Counted from the first letter of the stretch, positions 20,200-30,398 are shown. The stretch is 64,000 bases of DNA from Minisyncoccota bacterium (GCA_041649495.1 JBAZMZ010000001.1:623-64622), one strand, 5' to 3'. The notes: a model not told the origin generated them from the letters alone. A program made the numbers and translations.

Positions 20200-20975
20200 G
20201 TAAAGATGACACCGATCCCCCCCCAGTCTCGGGGTGGAGTGGCAATCAATTCCTTAAAGTTTTTCTCCAGCCTAATCTCATTCCAGAAGTGGTCAACCTG
20301 GCATTCGGGACTACTCTTGTGTTGAGCAATGTCATGAAAAGCGATAATTCCACCGATTCTGACCATGGGAGAATAAAATTCGTAATCCTTTTTTACTCCA
20401 GCGTAGGTGTGGTCACCGTCAATAAAGAGGAAATCTATTTTTTCTTCTAAAATTTCTCGCAATCTCTCTTGAGTTCCCTGATGATGGGAATTAGCCCGTA
20501 ACAAATGCAATTTTTGTTTTGGCGTAGCAAATTTTTTGTAAACTTTTGTTCTCCATGCGGGGTAGCCTCCCCCATCTTCCCATGGTAGGTCAAGACTGAC
20601 GATTGTAGCATTTTCTGTTGCAAGACGGGTAAACAGAAAAAGTGTTCCTCCTCTGGCGGTGCCAATTTCTAAAACAGTCTGAGGTTTTAGATCTTCAACA
20701 ATTTTTGTTAGCTCAGTAATTTCCCAACGAACTTGTTTGGGTCTAATTAAGTGTCCCCATTTGTCAAACAAAAAGCTCACAAGCGGTAGGGCCGATGGCT
20801 TCTTTTGGACTTCGCGGGAGATTTTCCATAAAGCGAGGGGGCGCAAAAGAGGCTCGAGTTTTGTCAATAAGGGTTGGACGGAACGGACGAAAAAAAAGAA
20901 TAATTTGCGACAAAATTCCCTACCTCCTTTTTGAGATAAAGTTTCCCACGCTTTTTGATTCAGTGACTTAGCCAT
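20196..20975 (-). CDS. Class I SAM methyltransferase (Methyltransf_24-like)
   Basis: VLEIGTARGG, IDFLFIDGDHTY, GGIIAFHD. Confidence 0.85.
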   Translation of the reverse strand: MAKSLNQKAWETLSQKGGREFCRKLFFFFVRSVQPLLTKLEPLLRPLALWKISREVQKKPSALPLVSFLFDKWGHLIRPKQVRWEITELTKIVEDLKPQTVLEIGTARGGTLFLFTRLATENATIVSLDLPWEDGGGYPAWRTKVYKKFATPKQKLHLLRANSHHQGTQERLREILEEKIDFLFIDGDHTYAGVKKDYEFYSPMVRIGGIIAFHDIAQHKSSPECQVDHFWNEIRLEKNFKELIATPPRDWGGIGVIFT

Positions 20976-21077
20976 TTTAATCGATTTGGGGTGATTAAAA
21001 CCATCTAAATCTTAGCATTATTTGGGCAATTTGCCAAAATGGTTTAAAACAAAGTTTTATGTTATACTGATAAACAT

Positions 21078-23165
21078 ATGACAATTAATAATATCAACAA
21101 ATGGCTCCGATACCTTATTTATACTGGCCTCTTCCTTGTCCCCTTTATTCCGCTTTTTGTCTCAACTTCGATGTTTTTTCCTTTCATTACTGGCAAAAAT
21201 TTCGCTTTTCGGATTATTGTCGAAATCATTTTTGCCCTGTGGGCGATTTTGGTCTTAACCGACAAAACGGCTAGACCCAAATATTCTTGGCTTTTGTGGG
21301 CAATCGTGGCTCTTATTGTCGTTGATGGTTTGGCCACCTTGTTCGGTCTCTATCCTTATCGCAGTTTTTGGTCCAATTATGAGCGTATGGACGGTTATAC
21401 TAATATTTTACATCTGGGGGCTTATTTTCTGGTTTTAATCTCTGTTTTGAAAGATAAAGCCAAATGGTTTTGGCTAGCCAACACCTCTCTTTTGGCCAAT
21501 GTTTATATTGTCGGTTACAGCTTTCTCCAATTGGTTGGGAAAGTGCAAATTCATCAAAGTGGCACTCGGCTTGATGCCTCGCTTGGTAATTCAGCTTATT
21601 TAGCTGTTTATGTGCTCTTTCATATCTTCATCGCTGGCTATCTATTGCTAGCACAATGGAGCAAAAATAAAATATTGTCAACTTTTTACATTATAATGAT
21701 GGTTGCTGACACTATTATCTTGTATTACACGGCGACTCGTGGAGCGATTTTGGGTTTAATCGGTGGGGTCTTGGTGGTTGGTTTGTTGTTGGCTATTTTG
21801 AGTCGGGGCCAGACGCGAAAAATTTCGGGCCTTATTATCGCGCTGGTTATTTTGCTTGTGGCTGGTTTTTGGTCGGTGAAAGGTACCGATTTTGTCAAAA
21901 ATAATCAGGTTCTGACGCGTTTTGCCACCTTGTCTTTGTCGGAGGGGACGGCCCAATCTCGTTTTTTGATTTGGCAGATGAGCTGGCAAGGTTTTCAAGA
22001 ACATCCGGTTTTGGGTTGGGGTCCAGAAAATTACACGATGGTTTTTAGTAAATATTATAATCCTAAAATGTGGGGCAACGAGCCTTGGTTTGATCGGTCA
22101 CACAATATTTTCTTCGATTGGCTGATTAACGCTGGTGCGCTCGGACTTCTTGCTTATCTGTCAATTTATGGGACCCTTCTTTATTATCTTTGGTTTGGTC
22201 GGCGAGGAAAATCAAATTCGGTTATTGATACAATTAGTGGTAAAAGTTTATTAACCGGTCTTTTGGCCGCTTACTTTTTCCACAATATTTTTGTTTTTGA
22301 CAACTTAGTTAGTTACATTTTATTTTTCTCACTGGTCGCTTTTATTCATTTCGAAATGACGGAGGAAAAAGGGGACGAAATTTTGAAAGTTAAGAATAAT
22401 TATCAGGCCAATAAAAAAACGCTTAGCAATTATAACGCCAGTTTAATTGCTCCCGTTGCCTCGGTTGTTATCATTGTGGCCATGGGCTCGATTATTTACT
22501 TTGCCAATCTTAAACCAATTGAGGCGTCAACTTCTTTGATTAAAGCTTTATCGTCTAATCAGGCGGGGGTAACCGGTAATTTGGAGTATTACAAAAAAGT
22601 TTTTACGCTGGACACTTTTGGTTCGGGCGAAGCGCGGGAGCAATTGGTGACAAAAACCCTTAACGTCTTAAATGGTGCTAAAGTCTCTAATGATTTGAAG
22701 AATCAATTTGTTCAATTAATCGATGGGCAAATAAAAGTTCAGTTAGCGCAATTTGACCAAGACGCGCGGGCCCTGTCATTTTTTGGTTCTTATTTTACGG
22801 CGACGGGTCGAGTTGATGAAGGTTTAGCTTTATTACAAAAAGCGCATGAGCTATCACCCAAGAAACAACAAATCACTTTTGCTCTTATCTCAGCTTATGT
22901 GCAAAAGCAGGACGCGACGAATGCGATTAAATTAGCGCAAGAAGCTTATGAGCTTGATCCGACTTATCCCGAAGCGCGAAAAATTTATGCTTTAATTCTC
23001 TTAATGACCAGTCAAAACAAATTGGCTCAAGAAATTTTAGCGCCGATCAAAAATTCGGCCAACTATTATAATGACGATCGCTTCATTAATCTTTACCAAC
23101 AAGCGGGCGATCAAAAATCGCTTCAAGAGATAAATTCTTTGCGCGCGGCTGCAAACAAAAAATAA
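21078..23165 (+). CDS. O-antigen ligase/O-oligosaccharyltransferase-like membrane protein with TPR tail
   Basis: Polytopic; TATRGA, SRFLIW, PVLGWGPEN, DRSHN; helical C-terminal repeats. Confidence 0.8.
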   Translation: MTINNINKWLRYLIYTGLFLVPFIPLFVSTSMFFPFITGKNFAFRIIVEIIFALWAILVLTDKTARPKYSWLLWAIVALIVVDGLATLFGLYPYRSFWSNYERMDGYTNILHLGAYFLVLISVLKDKAKWFWLANTSLLANVYIVGYSFLQLVGKVQIHQSGTRLDASLGNSAYLAVYVLFHIFIAGYLLLAQWSKNKILSTFYIIMMVADTIILYYTATRGAILGLIGGVLVVGLLLAILSRGQTRKISGLIIALVILLVAGFWSVKGTDFVKNNQVLTRFATLSLSEGTAQSRFLIWQMSWQGFQEHPVLGWGPENYTMVFSKYYNPKMWGNEPWFDRSHNIFFDWLINAGALGLLAYLSIYGTLLYYLWFGRRGKSNSVIDTISGKSLLTGLLAAYFFHNIFVFDNLVSYILFFSLVAFIHFEMTEEKGDEILKVKNNYQANKKTLSNYNASLIAPVASVVIIVAMGSIIYFANLKPIEASTSLIKALSSNQAGVTGNLEYYKKVFTLDTFGSGEAREQLVTKTLNVLNGAKVSNDLKNQFVQLIDGQIKVQLAQFDQDARALSFFGSYFTATGRVDEGLALLQKAHELSPKKQQITFALISAYVQKQDATNAIKLAQEAYELDPTYPEARKIYALILLMTSQNKLAQEILAPIKNSANYYNDDRFINLYQQAGDQKSLQEINSLRAAANKK

Positions 23166-23231
23166 TTTTTCTTAAATTATTTTTTAAAGTTATCATCATA
23201 CGATGATTGCTTCGTTCGAAAAACTCACGAG

Positions 23232-23240
23232 TTATCCACA
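23232..23240 (+). promoter_or_regulatory. Single consensus DnaA box
   Basis: TTATCCACA in an AT-rich intergenic region; only one perfect copy seen. Confidence 0.4.
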
Positions 23241-23366
23241 ACTTTTTTTAAAAAAGTGTTGTCGATAATTTTTTTTTGAGCGATAATTATCAGTAAGAGT
23301 AACAACGTTGCTAAAGGTCGAATGTTGTTTATCCTCTTTAGTAAATAAAAACAAAAAATAAAAATT

Positions 23367-23435
23367 ATGGCAGCAAAGAAAAAGGCCAAGAAAGTTGCAA
23401 AGAAAAAGGCCAAGAAAACCAAGAAGAAGAAATAG
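23367..23435 (+). CDS. 22-aa Lys/Ala peptide MAAKKKAKKVAKKKAKKTKKKK (histone H1-tail-like), below the ORF-track cutoff
   Basis: ATG..TAG with an A-rich leader and its own terminator. Confidence 0.65.
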   Translation: MAAKKKAKKVAKKKAKKTKKKK

Positions 23436-23463
23436 TCTCTTCTATTCTCTAAGTAAGTACACC

Positions 23464-23503
23464 AAGAAAACTCCGTCGGTCACCTCCGAGGGAGTTTTCT
23501 TTT
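23464..23503 (+). terminator. Intrinsic terminator
   Basis: AAGAAAACTCC-GTCGG..CCGA-GGGAGTTTTCTT followed by TT. Confidence 0.65.
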
Positions 23504-23556
23504 GGGAGACAAAATTTTTTCATTTTTGGGGTTTTTGTGCTAAGATTGCCTAATCA

Positions 23557-26115
23557 ATGTCTATTTTGACTAAAATTTTAGGTGATGCGAGCACCAAGTT
23601 TGTTAAGACGACCCAGGGTGTGGTGGCTCGGGTTAACGCGTTGGAGGGGGAAATTAGCGCCCTAACTGACGAGCAACTGAAAGCCAAAACCCAAGAATTC
23701 AAACAGTGCCTAGGGGTAATTAGTGAGAATAGCGAAGCCGAGAAAAACGAAACGCTTGACGATATTTTACCCGAGGCTTTTGCGGTGGTGAGAGAGACGG
23801 CTAAACGTTTGCTTGGCCAGCGCCATTTTGATGTGCAACTTATCGGCGGGCTCGCCCTCCATCAAGGCAAAATTGCCGAAATGAAAACAGGGGAGGGAAA
23901 AACTTTAGTCGCCACTTTACCGATTTATCTTAACGCCTTAACGGGGAAGGGCGCCCACGCGGTGACCGTTAACGATTACTTGGCTCGACGGGACGCGGTT
24001 TGGATGGGGCAAATTTATAATTTTCTCGGTCTCTCGGTGGGTGTGCTCAATAACCAAACTTCTTATCTCTATGATCCGACCCACACGGATGCCGAAAAAG
24101 ATAAAGAAAGAGATACTGAAGGATCGTTCAAAGTTGTGCACGAATTTCTTCGACCTTGTTCGCGCCGAGAGGCTTATGCGGCGGATATTTTGTATGGCAC
24201 CAATAATGAATATGGTTTCGATTATTTGCGTGACAATATTGCTCATCGGCCCGAAGAGCAGGTTCAACGGCTTGATCCACTAGCTAGACATCATTTCGCC
24301 ATTGTCGACGAGGTAGACTCAATCTTGATTGATGAGGCGCGCACCCCGCTCATTATCTCCGCGCCCTATGGTGAGTCCGAAAAATTGTATGGCACTTTTG
24401 CTCAAGTTGCGCGGTCTCTAACTAAGGAGGCCGATTACACGGTTGACGAAAAATTTAAATCTATTTCTTTGACGGATGAGGGGATTACGCGGGCGGAAAA
24501 GATGTTGGGTGTCGAGAATATTTATACTGACAAAGGTATCAAATATGTTCATCATTTAGAAACGGCGGTGCGAGCCAAAGCCCTGTTTGAACTTGATCGT
24601 GATTATGTGGTACGGGACGGCGAGATTGTGATTGTTGATGAATTTACTGGTCGACTCCAACCGGGTCGGCGTTGGTCGGAGGGTTTACACCAAGCGATCG
24701 AAGCGAAGGAGGGGGTGGAGGTCAAAGAGGAGTCGCGGACTTTTGCCACTATCACTTTGCAAAATTATTTTCGGCTTTATCAAAAATTAGCGGGGATGAC
24801 GGGAACCGCTCAAACCTCGGCTGAAGAATTTCTCAAAGTTTATGGCCTGGAGGTGATTTCGATTCCTACCAATAAACCCAGCCGGCGGGAGGATCTTGGC
24901 GATTATATTTTTCAAACCGAGGCGGGCAAGATTTCAGCCGCTGTCAAAAAAGTTAAGGAGCTTAATCAACAAGGTCAGCCGGTCTTAATCGGCACCTCGT
25001 CAATTGAGAAAAACGAATTATTGTCCGCTTATTTCAAAAAAGAGGGGATTGAGCACAAGGTTTTGAATGCCAAAAACCACGAAGAAGAGGGTAATGTGAT
25101 TGCGGGCGCTGGTCGCCAAGGGAGCGTCGTCATTGCGACGAATATGGCTGGCCGCGGGGTGGACATTAAATTGGGCGGACCGACACCAACGCCCGAGGAA
25201 CAAGAGGAGGTAAAAAATCTTGGTGGATTATTTGTTTTGGGCACCGAACGCCATGATGCCAGGCGGATTGATGATCAGCTCCGTGGTCGTTCGGGTCGTC
25301 AAGGTGATCAAGGCACGACGCAATTTTATGTCTCGCTCGAAGATGATTTGATGCGAGTTTTTGGTTCAGATCGGATTAAGGGGATGATGGGGCGTTTTGG
25401 TATCCCCGAAGATGAGCCAATTCAGAATCGACTGGTTTCGCGCGCGTTGGAGGGGGCGCAGGCTAAAATTGAGGGTTTTAATTTTGATATGCGCAAACAT
25501 TTGCTCGAGTATGACGATGTGGTTAGTCATCAACGGCAAACGATTTATGATCGACGCAATCAGATTTTATTGGGTGGAAAAACGGAAATTGACGAGTTCA
25601 TCGCTAACGCGACAGAATTATTACCTATCCCCGACGAAGACAAAGAGAGATTAGTGGCGGGGGTTAACAAGAAGCGAGAAGAATTGGGCGAAGAAAAATT
25701 TGTCGTTCTCGCTCGCCAGACCATCCTGCAGGTGATTGATATGTTTTGGGTTGAGCATTTGGAAGCGATTGATTATCTGCGCGGGAGTGTTCGCTTGCGC
25801 GCTTATGGCCAACGCGATCCTTTGGTGGAATTCAAGAAAGAGGGCTTGTCGTTATTCAAAGAAATGGAATTGGCAATTTTTGGCAATTCGCTCGAGTTAT
25901 TGGCTAAGGTTGAGGGCGAGCTCAAAACCGAGACGGTCAAGGTCCAAGAAGTTCATAACCAAGCCGAGCTGATTCTTAATGCTACCAACTCCAACTCCAA
26001 ATCCAACCCCGGCTCGGCCAAGGCCGAGCCGGCCAAACCTCATGATAAAGTTGGCCGTAACGACCCCTGCCCTTGCGGTTCGGGCAAAAAATACAAGAAG
26101 TGTTGTGGCCAGTAG
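23557..26115 (+). CDS. secA: Preprotein translocase subunit SecA
   Basis: MKTGEGKT, VDEVDSILIDEARTPLIIS, ATNMAGRG, SEC-C GRNDPCPCGSGKKYKKCC. Confidence 0.98.
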   Translation: MSILTKILGDASTKFVKTTQGVVARVNALEGEISALTDEQLKAKTQEFKQCLGVISENSEAEKNETLDDILPEAFAVVRETAKRLLGQRHFDVQLIGGLALHQGKIAEMKTGEGKTLVATLPIYLNALTGKGAHAVTVNDYLARRDAVWMGQIYNFLGLSVGVLNNQTSYLYDPTHTDAEKDKERDTEGSFKVVHEFLRPCSRREAYAADILYGTNNEYGFDYLRDNIAHRPEEQVQRLDPLARHHFAIVDEVDSILIDEARTPLIISAPYGESEKLYGTFAQVARSLTKEADYTVDEKFKSISLTDEGITRAEKMLGVENIYTDKGIKYVHHLETAVRAKALFELDRDYVVRDGEIVIVDEFTGRLQPGRRWSEGLHQAIEAKEGVEVKEESRTFATITLQNYFRLYQKLAGMTGTAQTSAEEFLKVYGLEVISIPTNKPSRREDLGDYIFQTEAGKISAAVKKVKELNQQGQPVLIGTSSIEKNELLSAYFKKEGIEHKVLNAKNHEEEGNVIAGAGRQGSVVIATNMAGRGVDIKLGGPTPTPEEQEEVKNLGGLFVLGTERHDARRIDDQLRGRSGRQGDQGTTQFYVSLEDDLMRVFGSDRIKGMMGRFGIPEDEPIQNRLVSRALEGAQAKIEGFNFDMRKHLLEYDDVVSHQRQTIYDRRNQILLGGKTEIDEFIANATELLPIPDEDKERLVAGVNKKREELGEEKFVVLARQTILQVIDMFWVEHLEAIDYLRGSVRLRAYGQRDPLVEFKKEGLSLFKEMELAIFGNSLELLAKVEGELKTETVKVQEVHNQAELILNATNSNSKSNPGSAKAEPAKPHDKVGRNDPCPCGSGKKYKKCCGQ
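26009..26032. repeat. 24-bp perfect hairpin in the SecA C-terminal linker (PGSAKAEP)
   Basis: CCGGCTCGGCC-AA-GGCCGAGCCGG. Confidence 0.6.
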
Positions 26116-26133
26116 GCTAATCTAAAGGACAGT

Positions 26134-26169
26134 TAAAGGACAAATCTTGGAGACGGGGTTTGTCCTTTA
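26134..26169. repeat. Intergenic doublet hairpin with 4-5-4 cores, possibly the secA terminator
   Basis: TAAAGGACAAATCTT-GGAGAC-GGGGTTTGTCCTTTA. Confidence 0.6.
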
Positions 26170-26363
26170 GGTTTGGGGTCCGAAATAACTTAACTTTAAC
26201 TTCGGCTTAAGTAGTGGAGACTGGACTTATTTGATTTTTCCTTGCTTTATTAGGGTGGTTCTGCTAGTAATTAAACCAGTCATTGTTCTTAACTCTGTGA
26301 TTTGTTCTTAAGAAAACTTGATATGCTCTTTTTCGGATTATTATCTGTTTCTGAAACAGAGCT

Positions 26364-28709
26364 ATGTTTTCTTACTTAGCCCCATTGGGCAAAAAACTTG
26401 TCGTCCTAACCCTGCTTGCGGGGATTTTAGTGATGCCAGTTTCGCCCCTGTTGGCCGAGGAGATCGCTGACGCTCAAGTTTCTTCTCCAGTGGTTGTTGA
26501 AGTTGAACAACCAAGCGAATCGATCGAAGTGGTGGCAATACCTGATGTGATTCAGGCTGAACCGATTGCCTCTGACCAAACTCCGGTTTGCGATGAGCCA
26601 ATTATTATTGACACTGACAGTGTTATTGATACCGCTGATACCGTCATTGATCCAATTATCGAGCCAACCGACTCGATTGTCGCACCAGATACTGAAGTGA
26701 TAATTGCTTCAGATACGCCAGCGATTGCTCCCGTTGTTGAAACCGAGCCTGAAGTCCAGATCGAAGCCAACCTTGAACCGATTAAGGATAATGTGGCCGA
26801 GGATAGTTTTACCACTTTAAGTGGCGAAACCGAGCCTGATCTTGATGATGGTGACGAAAGGAGTTTTGAGACTCTTTCGGCGACTCCGATTGAGGATCTC
26901 GATAACCTAGCAATTAGCGACGAAAATCCTTTTGGTGAAGAACCAAATTGGGATAATTTGGCAATTAGCGACGAGCAAAATGGAGAAACAACTAATAACG
27001 AAACAGACAACCCGTGGGCGGAGAGTGACGAAAATTCGTTTCTGACCCTCTCATCGCCGGTCGACACGGTCACAACCAGCAACGAAAGATCTTTCACGAC
27101 GGCCAGTGCTCCTGTTGATACTTTGACGGTTAGCCTTGAGAACTCGTTTACGACTCAAGCGACCGCGATTGATACCCTAACAATTAGCGCCGAGCAAAGC
27201 TTTACCACGGTCACTACTCCGGTTGACACCTTGGCGATTAGCGCTGAACAGTCTTTCACTACCACCGATATCCCGGTGATTGACCCTCTAGCGATCAGCC
27301 CAGAGCAATCTTTTACCACGGCGACTATCCTAGTTGATACGCTGGTGATTAGTGACGAGCATAATTTTAATACTTTACCTGACGGGCCGATGACTGACTC
27401 AGTCATTAGCGATGAGGGCTTCTTCATGACGGCGAGCGTTCCCCCGATTGACACTCTAGCCATCAGCCCTGAACAGTCTTTCATTACCACCGATATCCCC
27501 GTGATTGACCCTCTAGCGATCAGCTCAGAGCAATCTTTTACAACCGCGACTATCCCAGTTGATACTTTAGCGATTAGTGATGAACAGTCTTTTGCTACTC
27601 TCACTCCACCGACTCCTGACACTCTAAGTGTGAGCGACGAATTATCTTTTACCACCTTAAGTCAACCAACCGATAACTTAGTTGTTAGTGACGAAAATTC
27701 GTTCACCACTTCAGGCTCGCCAATAATTGTTGACCCAGTGGTGAGCGAGGAAAATTCTTTTACGACTCTCTCTGGCTTTGGCCCGACGCCAACTCCAACC
27801 CCGACTCCTCCAAGCAGTAGTCATTCCTCAAGCATTAGCCGAGTTGTTTTGCCAATTCCATATACTTGCCCGATTTTCCTAAAGAAATTTATTAGATCTG
27901 GTCAAGCCAATGACCGCTATGAAGTCATCAAACTCCAAGCCTTCTTGAAAGTGTTTGAGGGTTTCCATAATCTGAAAATCACTGGCGTTTATGATCGCGA
28001 GACCTATCGAGCGGTGGAAATTTTCCAAGCCCGTTATCTGCGCGATGTCCTTAAGCCGTGGGGGATTACTGACCCAACCGGCTATGTCTATATCACAACT
28101 CGTCAAGCGATCAATAAAATTTATTGTGGTCAAGATACCAGAAATAATCTTGATTTGTATAACTTAGTGGCTCGAGAATATTATCAAGCGACCGGCGAAT
28201 ATCTAGAAATGCCGATCGAAGAACCCGAAGATCTCGATGGGGGCTATTATCTTATGGCAACCACGACTCCGACCACAACCCTTTCGGTGACTCGACCGAA
28301 TGTTTTCTTGGCCGGTGTGGGGGAGCTCTTGAGTTTTATGGGTGATAATTTCTGCTGGCTCTTAAATCTATTTCTCTTACTTCTAATCTTTTTCTTGCTT
28401 TGGTTACTCTGGCAAGTGAGTCGTGAGGATGAAGAGGTGGTTGATGAAGGTGAATCAAAAAATTCGTTACCCCCAGGCGTTGTTTCCCTGGAAGACTTAG
28501 ACGATGACATTTATCCAGTGACTGAAGAAGAGATAATTCCAACCGAGGAGGCTACGATTTTGCCCGAGGAGGCCATGGCTCCGGCTGACGAAGATTCGGA
28601 AGTGCTTCTTGGTGCCGAAGATGAAGAAGAATTGGCCAAATTGGCCGAAGAAGACGAAACGAAGCTCGAAGTCTTGGATAATAACCCGTGGCAGGAGATG
28701 TTGACTTAA
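26364..28709 (+). CDS. Acidic surface protein: signal peptide, ~18 (I/V)SxExSFTT repeats, PT linker, peptidoglycan-binding domain, TM helix, acidic tail
   Basis: Repeats at ~26787-27770; EVIKLQAFL..TGVYD..T..AV..FQ PG-binding-like motif; WLLNLFLLLLIFFLLWLLW. Confidence 0.8.
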   Translation: MFSYLAPLGKKLVVLTLLAGILVMPVSPLLAEEIADAQVSSPVVVEVEQPSESIEVVAIPDVIQAEPIASDQTPVCDEPIIIDTDSVIDTADTVIDPIIEPTDSIVAPDTEVIIASDTPAIAPVVETEPEVQIEANLEPIKDNVAEDSFTTLSGETEPDLDDGDERSFETLSATPIEDLDNLAISDENPFGEEPNWDNLAISDEQNGETTNNETDNPWAESDENSFLTLSSPVDTVTTSNERSFTTASAPVDTLTVSLENSFTTQATAIDTLTISAEQSFTTVTTPVDTLAISAEQSFTTTDIPVIDPLAISPEQSFTTATILVDTLVISDEHNFNTLPDGPMTDSVISDEGFFMTASVPPIDTLAISPEQSFITTDIPVIDPLAISSEQSFTTATIPVDTLAISDEQSFATLTPPTPDTLSVSDELSFTTLSQPTDNLVVSDENSFTTSGSPIIVDPVVSEENSFTTLSGFGPTPTPTPTPPSSSHSSSISRVVLPIPYTCPIFLKKFIRSGQANDRYEVIKLQAFLKVFEGFHNLKITGVYDRETYRAVEIFQARYLRDVLKPWGITDPTGYVYITTRQAINKIYCGQDTRNNLDLYNLVAREYYQATGEYLEMPIEEPEDLDGGYYLMATTTPTTTLSVTRPNVFLAGVGELLSFMGDNFCWLLNLFLLLLIFFLLWLLWQVSREDEEVVDEGESKNSLPPGVVSLEDLDDDIYPVTEEEIIPTEEATILPEEAMAPADEDSEVLLGAEDEEELAKLAEEDETKLEVLDNNPWQEMLT

Positions 28710-28866
28710 CTTAAATTTTCTGGTAGAGATGGAGGTAGAAAATAACAATTGTTCTTTGTAAAGGACAATTTTGGGATATAGGTAGAGAGTCTCGGTTACT
28801 GTGTGATCGAGATGGTTGATAAAGGTGTGTCAGATGCGAGGTTCTCTCGCAGAAAGAAGGTTCGTC

Positions 28867-30243
28867 ATGTTGCGTCATCTCCCGGTTCTCGTGTTGTGTG
28901 TGTTGGTGTGTGTCGTGTTGGCTGGGTGTCCGAAATCGACGGATGTGGAGGTAACGGTTGAGGCCTACGACTTGGCGGGCCAATCGCTGGGAGTGGAGTC
29001 GTCTCCTGTGCCGTCGGCCACGATGGGGCAGTATGTCGTCGCGCCGGGCGTGGCGACTTTCGACTTCCTCCGCAACGGAGGTTTTGGGCGTTTGTCGTCG
29101 CCCGAAAAGGTGACGGCGACCTATTGCCTCGTGTACCCAGGCTTCGAGCATTTTTTGCTCGTTGCCGACCTGATGAGCGAGCAGTTTACCTTGCTCGATT
29201 CTGGGGGCAAGGTCTTGGCCGAGAAAGTTGGGCCGGAAGATGTAGCGGCTCTCTTGCTCCTTCTTGGTTATGGGACAGTAAATACGGTCTTCCCATTGCT
29301 TGTGGAGACTTCGGGGGTGACCGTTGAGTTCCTTGAGACTCTGGTGTGGCCGGCGGTTTTCGATATCGCTGGGCACCAGGGGTTTCGGACCACTGTCCCT
29401 ATGGGGTTAGCGGTCGCTTGGGCACTGCTTGAGGTCTCTTTTCAGAAAGAGGATGGACTGGGAGACTTTTCCTACCTCATTTTTCCCAGCGACCCAGCTA
29501 GCGAAGGCGAAGGTGAAGGTGAAGGTGAAGGTGAGGGCGAAACCTGGGTTCAAGTGCCCAGTCTGTCAGGGCTCAACTGGGCCCAAGCGGACGAGGTCTT
29601 GGCTGGGGTTGGTCTCTTGGTAGGTCAAGAAGTGGCTACCGAGGCTAGCTCAACGGTGCCAGCGAACATCATTATTCGCTGGACGCCGACTGGCACGGTG
29701 TTGGTTGGGACAGTGATTAACCTCATCGTCTCGACCGGGCCGGGGACCGCAACGGTTCCCGATCTGACGGGTCTCGATCAGGACGAGGCCGAGGAAGCGA
29801 TTGAGGCGACCTGCCTCAACCTCGGTTCGGTAACCTTTGCCTCAAGTGCGACGGTTCCGGCTGGTCGAGTGATCAGTTGGTCGCTGACGGGTCTGCAACC
29901 CTGCGGAACGGCGATTTCGATCGTCATTTCCACGGGGCCAGTGATTGTTCCACCCGAGATGTCGGTGGAGATCAGGGCCCCGCTCAGTGGGCAGGTTTAC
30001 GAGGTTGGGGAGACTGTCACGGTGACGGTCATGCCCCGAGGTGACCCAGCCGGTGGCCCATACCGTCTCGTCGTTCGCAATGCCGAGCTGGCAACGCGGA
30101 CGATCAACAATGTGACATTGGAAGTGGGGGTTTCTCTCACTTTCGACCTCGCCATGCCAGGGAGCGGATCATTTACCGCTTACCTGGAAAGTCACAGTGG
30201 GGTCTCGGTTGAGACCTATTGTCCCTACTCGGTCGCCGAGTAG
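28867..30243 (+). CDS. Lipoprotein with (EG)n linker, two PASTA domains and an Ig-like C-terminus
   Basis: LAGC lipobox; SEGEGEGEGEGE; VPSLSGL and VPDLTGL..SATVPAGRVIS; start moved to the Met after AGAAAGAAGG. Confidence 0.8.
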   Translation: MLRHLPVLVLCVLVCVVLAGCPKSTDVEVTVEAYDLAGQSLGVESSPVPSATMGQYVVAPGVATFDFLRNGGFGRLSSPEKVTATYCLVYPGFEHFLLVADLMSEQFTLLDSGGKVLAEKVGPEDVAALLLLLGYGTVNTVFPLLVETSGVTVEFLETLVWPAVFDIAGHQGFRTTVPMGLAVAWALLEVSFQKEDGLGDFSYLIFPSDPASEGEGEGEGEGEGETWVQVPSLSGLNWAQADEVLAGVGLLVGQEVATEASSTVPANIIIRWTPTGTVLVGTVINLIVSTGPGTATVPDLTGLDQDEAEEAIEATCLNLGSVTFASSATVPAGRVISWSLTGLQPCGTAISIVISTGPVIVPPEMSVEIRAPLSGQVYEVGETVTVTVMPRGDPAGGPYRLVVRNAELATRTINNVTLEVGVSLTFDLAMPGSGSFTAYLESHSGVSVETYCPYSVAE

Positions 30244-30264
30244 TAGAATATCCCATGTCCTCAC

Positions 30265-30302
30265 GGACCGGGTTGTGCCTTTGCGCACGATCCGGTCCTT
30301 TT
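30265..30302 (+). terminator. Intrinsic terminator
   Basis: GGACCGGGTTGTGC..GCACGATCCGGTCC-TTTT. Confidence 0.7.
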
Positions 30303-30398
30303 CAATTCTAGTTGACAAAATAGGACTACTTGTGCTAGGAATGGGCTATTAAAAGATCGATTTTAAGAGTTATTATTAAGTTAATTTATAAGCAAAAT

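Noticed and set aside
23170-23360. Replication origin
   Set aside because: Only one perfect DnaA box, and no dnaA/dnaN nearby.
26787-27770. Regularly spaced repeats as a possible CRISPR array
   Set aside because: The repeats are degenerate at synonymous positions, lie within one long ORF, and no cas genes are present.
28711-29376. Long antisense ORFs (e.g. 28711-29376, 58847-59461, 42257-42826)
   Set aside because: Shadows of well-supported genes on the opposite strand, with no motifs.
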